DNA of 63,472 bases from a virus. Lineage: Duplodnaviria; Caudoviricetes. Location: positions 1 through 63,472 of the IMG/VR virus record IMGVR_UViG_3300045825_000308. The stretch is one strand, 5' to 3'. The notes beneath the pieces were generated by a model. It saw only the letters and a list, made by a program, of their open reading frames with translations. It was not told where the DNA came from and made no database searches. Positions 60,988 through 63,472 of this stretch are shown in pieces (within the stretch, counting starts at the first letter, position 1; every line of letters starts with the position of its first letter). Position numbers and translations under genes: made by a program.

Positions 60988-61235
60988 TAGCTCAGTTAAC
61001 AGATAAGACCGTTGGATTAGAATGTAAAAATCAACTTATAAAACAATGTCTTATCTGTTATCTTTAAAGGAAAGTAATATGTTTAGTAGTTACTGGAAAT
61101 TTGGATTCAATCATTCTTATCTTCAACCCAAAGAAGTCACTACCGTATTCTTTGGAATTAAAGGGCCAATCGAAACTACTTGGAAAAGAATGTTCTCAAT
61201 CAAACAATATGGATTCTATTATAAAGGAGTAACAA

Positions 61236-61751
61236 ATGAACGAAGCTACTAAAGAAAAATTTAAATTAGGCACATATCGCTTAAATGGTTTGACAACAAC
61301 TATTAGAGTGGTTGAATCAAATACTGATGGTGTTATCGGAATTATACGCGAAGGAGATGTTACTTATGTCTTTGAAAATGAATTTGAATCTCTTTATCCT
61401 GAGTGTGATTATCTAGGATTGAACTATAAAGAAGAGAAGAAGATACTTTGTCTAAAGTCTTTTGATCCTGACGAAATGCAATATATGATAACAGAAGTTC
61501 CTGAGAAAGTTATCGAAAGCTTTCTTCCAACAGACTTGGAAGCTTTTATTAATGTTGAACTTGAACTAATCTATTTAACTCAACATGAATTAGACGTTCT
61601 TAATATGAATGGAAACATGATGTGGAATGGTTGTTCTTATGCAGAAGCTAAAGCAGAAGCTATTAGTGATCTTCATGAAGAGTTAGATGCTCTTAATATT
61701 AGGATAGCGAAACTAAATGAACTTAAGAAACCAATAGAAGAAGTGGAATAA
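61236..61751 (+). CDS. hypothetical protein
   Basis: AAGGAG RBS. Confidence 0.65.
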   Translation: MNEATKEKFKLGTYRLNGLTTTIRVVESNTDGVIGIIREGDVTYVFENEFESLYPECDYLGLNYKEEKKILCLKSFDPDEMQYMITEVPEKVIESFLPTDLEAFINVELELIYLTQHELDVLNMNGNMMWNGCSYAEAKAEAISDLHEELDALNIRIAKLNELKKPIEEVE

Positions 61752-61768
61752 TCTACATAGGAGTTATT

Positions 61769-62089
61769 ATGATTACAGTTAAAGGCAAAGAGTTTACTAA
61801 TTTAAAAGAAGCACAAGACTATGCAGCAAGTCAGATGGATGCTAGTGAAGTTAAAGAAGTAGCGGCTGATATTAAAACAACTGATGAAATGAATGGTGTT
61901 ATTATTCCAGCTCAGGCAGCACCAGAATTATCTACTGAACAAACAGAAGCAATCGATCTAGCAGCACAAGTTGATTCTTTAACAGATGAAGATCCAGAGT
62001 TAGCAGAAGAATTAGATGCTGCTTTGGATGAAGATCAAACACAAGTCTTAACAGATGCTCATGATGAATCAGCAGAGGCTGGAGCTTAA
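61769..62089 (+). CDS. highly acidic hypothetical protein
   Basis: AGGAG RBS; D/E-rich. Confidence 0.65.
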   Translation: MITVKGKEFTNLKEAQDYAASQMDASEVKEVAADIKTTDEMNGVIIPAQAAPELSTEQTEAIDLAAQVDSLTDEDPELAEELDAALDEDQTQVLTDAHDESAEAGA

Positions 62090-62186
62090 TGTTTGATCCA
62101 AAGATAATTATATTTTATCTTGCATTGTTCATGACTATGGTTATCAAAATCTGTTATCAGATGTTTCCCCATACACACTAACTGTA

Positions 62187-62221
62187 AATATCTCCTGAGA
62201 TTAAAACACTTAGGAGATATT
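62187..62221 (+). promoter_or_regulatory. RBS-sequestering hairpin upstream of the endolysin
   Basis: AATATCTCCTGAG/CTTAGGAGATATT 13-bp stem containing AGGAG. Confidence 0.75.
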
Positions 62222-62222
62222 C

Positions 62223-62981
62223 ATGTTAAAGAAACTTATCAATTGGTTATTTGGAAATAAACAAACCCTTCCTCCAATAGAATCTAAACCATTACCTAAT
62301 ATTCCATCATCCGTAGAAGTTCCACCAGTAGTTGTGGTCATACAAGAAGCTGCACAGCCTGCTAGTGTTCTATCTATTAAACCTTTCCTTAACTTCCCAG
62401 ACATATCGCATTATGAACCTTGTGACTTTAATAAGGTTGAAGGCTTTAACGATATGATCACTAAAGCAACTGAAGGTGAGTCAATGATTGACGGAACTCT
62501 TAAGTTCAATATGAATAACTGTAAAAAGAAAGATATCAGATTCGGTGCTTATCACTTCTATAAGTGCAATATCGATCCCATCATTCAAGCCACGCATTAT
62601 ATCAAGGCTGTTGGATTAGATAACCTTAAAAGCTTTTACTATGAACCTATTGTTGATTATGAAACAACTAAGGGACAAACAGAAGAGAATCTAAAGAAAG
62701 CCATACCAGAATTAAAGATCTTTATTAATTATATCTATGAACAAACCGGAAGATATACTATATTCTATTCTTATGAATCACTAATCGCTTATCTAGAATT
62801 AGATTCTTACTTCACTAACTGTAAACTTTGGATTGCTAGATATGGAAAGGAACCTACTAAGTTAGCTCCTTGGAAAGAGTATTGGGCTTGGCAATATAGT
62901 GATGGTGAAATCCCTTCTCCAAAGTATAATGATTCGTTTCCTGGTATCGGTAGATGTGATAGTAATATATTTAAAAAATAA
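62223..62981 (+). CDS. GH25 muramidase (endolysin)
   Basis: DISHY; KATEG; GAYHF; DYE; LWIARY; WQYS. Confidence 0.9.
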   Translation: MLKKLINWLFGNKQTLPPIESKPLPNIPSSVEVPPVVVVIQEAAQPASVLSIKPFLNFPDISHYEPCDFNKVEGFNDMITKATEGESMIDGTLKFNMNNCKKKDIRFGAYHFYKCNIDPIIQATHYIKAVGLDNLKSFYYEPIVDYETTKGQTEENLKKAIPELKIFINYIYEQTGRYTIFYSYESLIAYLELDSYFTNCKLWIARYGKEPTKLAPWKEYWAWQYSDGEIPSPKYNDSFPGIGRCDSNIFKK

Positions 62982-62990
62982 GGAGCTCTT

Positions 62991-63152
62991 ATGATCAAGG
63001 ATGATCTGAAGTTGTTACTTCAATTAAGAATCATGCAACTAAATAAAGTAAAGGATACAATAGGAGTCACTCATTCGCAATCTTATAATCGTTCGATTGC
63101 TTGGATTGATTCTATTATTGCTATTAATGAAAGACTATTAATACTTCTCTAG
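62991..63152 (+). CDS. small hypothetical protein (53 aa)
   Basis: AAGGAG RBS right after the endolysin. Confidence 0.5.
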   Translation: MIKDDLKLLLQLRIMQLNKVKDTIGVTHSQSYNRSIAWIDSIIAINERLLILL

Positions 63153-63472
63153 AACCTCATATCTGACCGTAAGAGCTCCATTAGAAATAATGCAGTGAGA
63201 GTTAAAGACTTTCCGGTCAGTCCACCAACGTCTTATAGAATATCTAGTATTATCTTAATCAAATCAATAACTTAGAAGCGCAGTGTAAAATAGATGTCTT
63301 ATAGAAATATATCTTTACATTATGTTTCTTATCAGATATAAATCGCGCATGCAACAATTATCTATCGAAAGAATAACTAAATTTAATTTATTTAAAACAA
63401 ATGATATTAGGAAAGACTTATCAACTCACTTGCCATATGTGTGCATTAATCATTGGAAGTATGAAATGGTTA

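Noticed and set aside
1-63472. CRISPR array, integrase or stop-codon recoding
   Set aside because: No regularly spaced repeats or recombinase noticed; genes are full length under the standard code

Overview
AT-rich segment of a large tailed dsDNA phage, probably a siphovirus; portal and capsid genes lie outside the window. Layout: 1-25.8 kb virion morphogenesis (connector, neck, terminator, tail tube, frameshifted chaperone, tape measure, Dit-like, fibres, HNH, holin, hub, three collar paralogs); 25.8-28 kb minus-strand SF2 helicase split across two ORFs by an apparent split intein; about 28-28.6 kb AT-rich divergent region (possible origin); 28.6-47.7 kb replication, nucleotide metabolism and recombination (DnaB, primase, two sigma-like factors, gp56-like dCTPase/dUTPase, dNMP kinase, ThyA homologue, intein-containing DnaE, SSB, UvsY, RecA, fused SbcD-SbcC, RuvC); 48-50 kb terminase; 50-63.5 kb small accessory genes, a repeat-flanked methyltransferase, a tRNA-like element and a GH25 endolysin. 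Strongest candidates for novelty: (1) a dCTPase + kinase + Asn-to-Asp ThyA cluster predicting genome-wide cytosine C5 modification; (2) a ~95-aa domain inserted in four virion proteins and nested three-deep inside itself in one of them; (3) a split intein whose N-half is fused to a Vsr/EDxHD-like nuclease; (4) a methyltransferase cassette between 68-bp direct repeats; (5) a tRNA mimic with no anticodon. All family assignments come from motifs recognised by eye; no searches were run.
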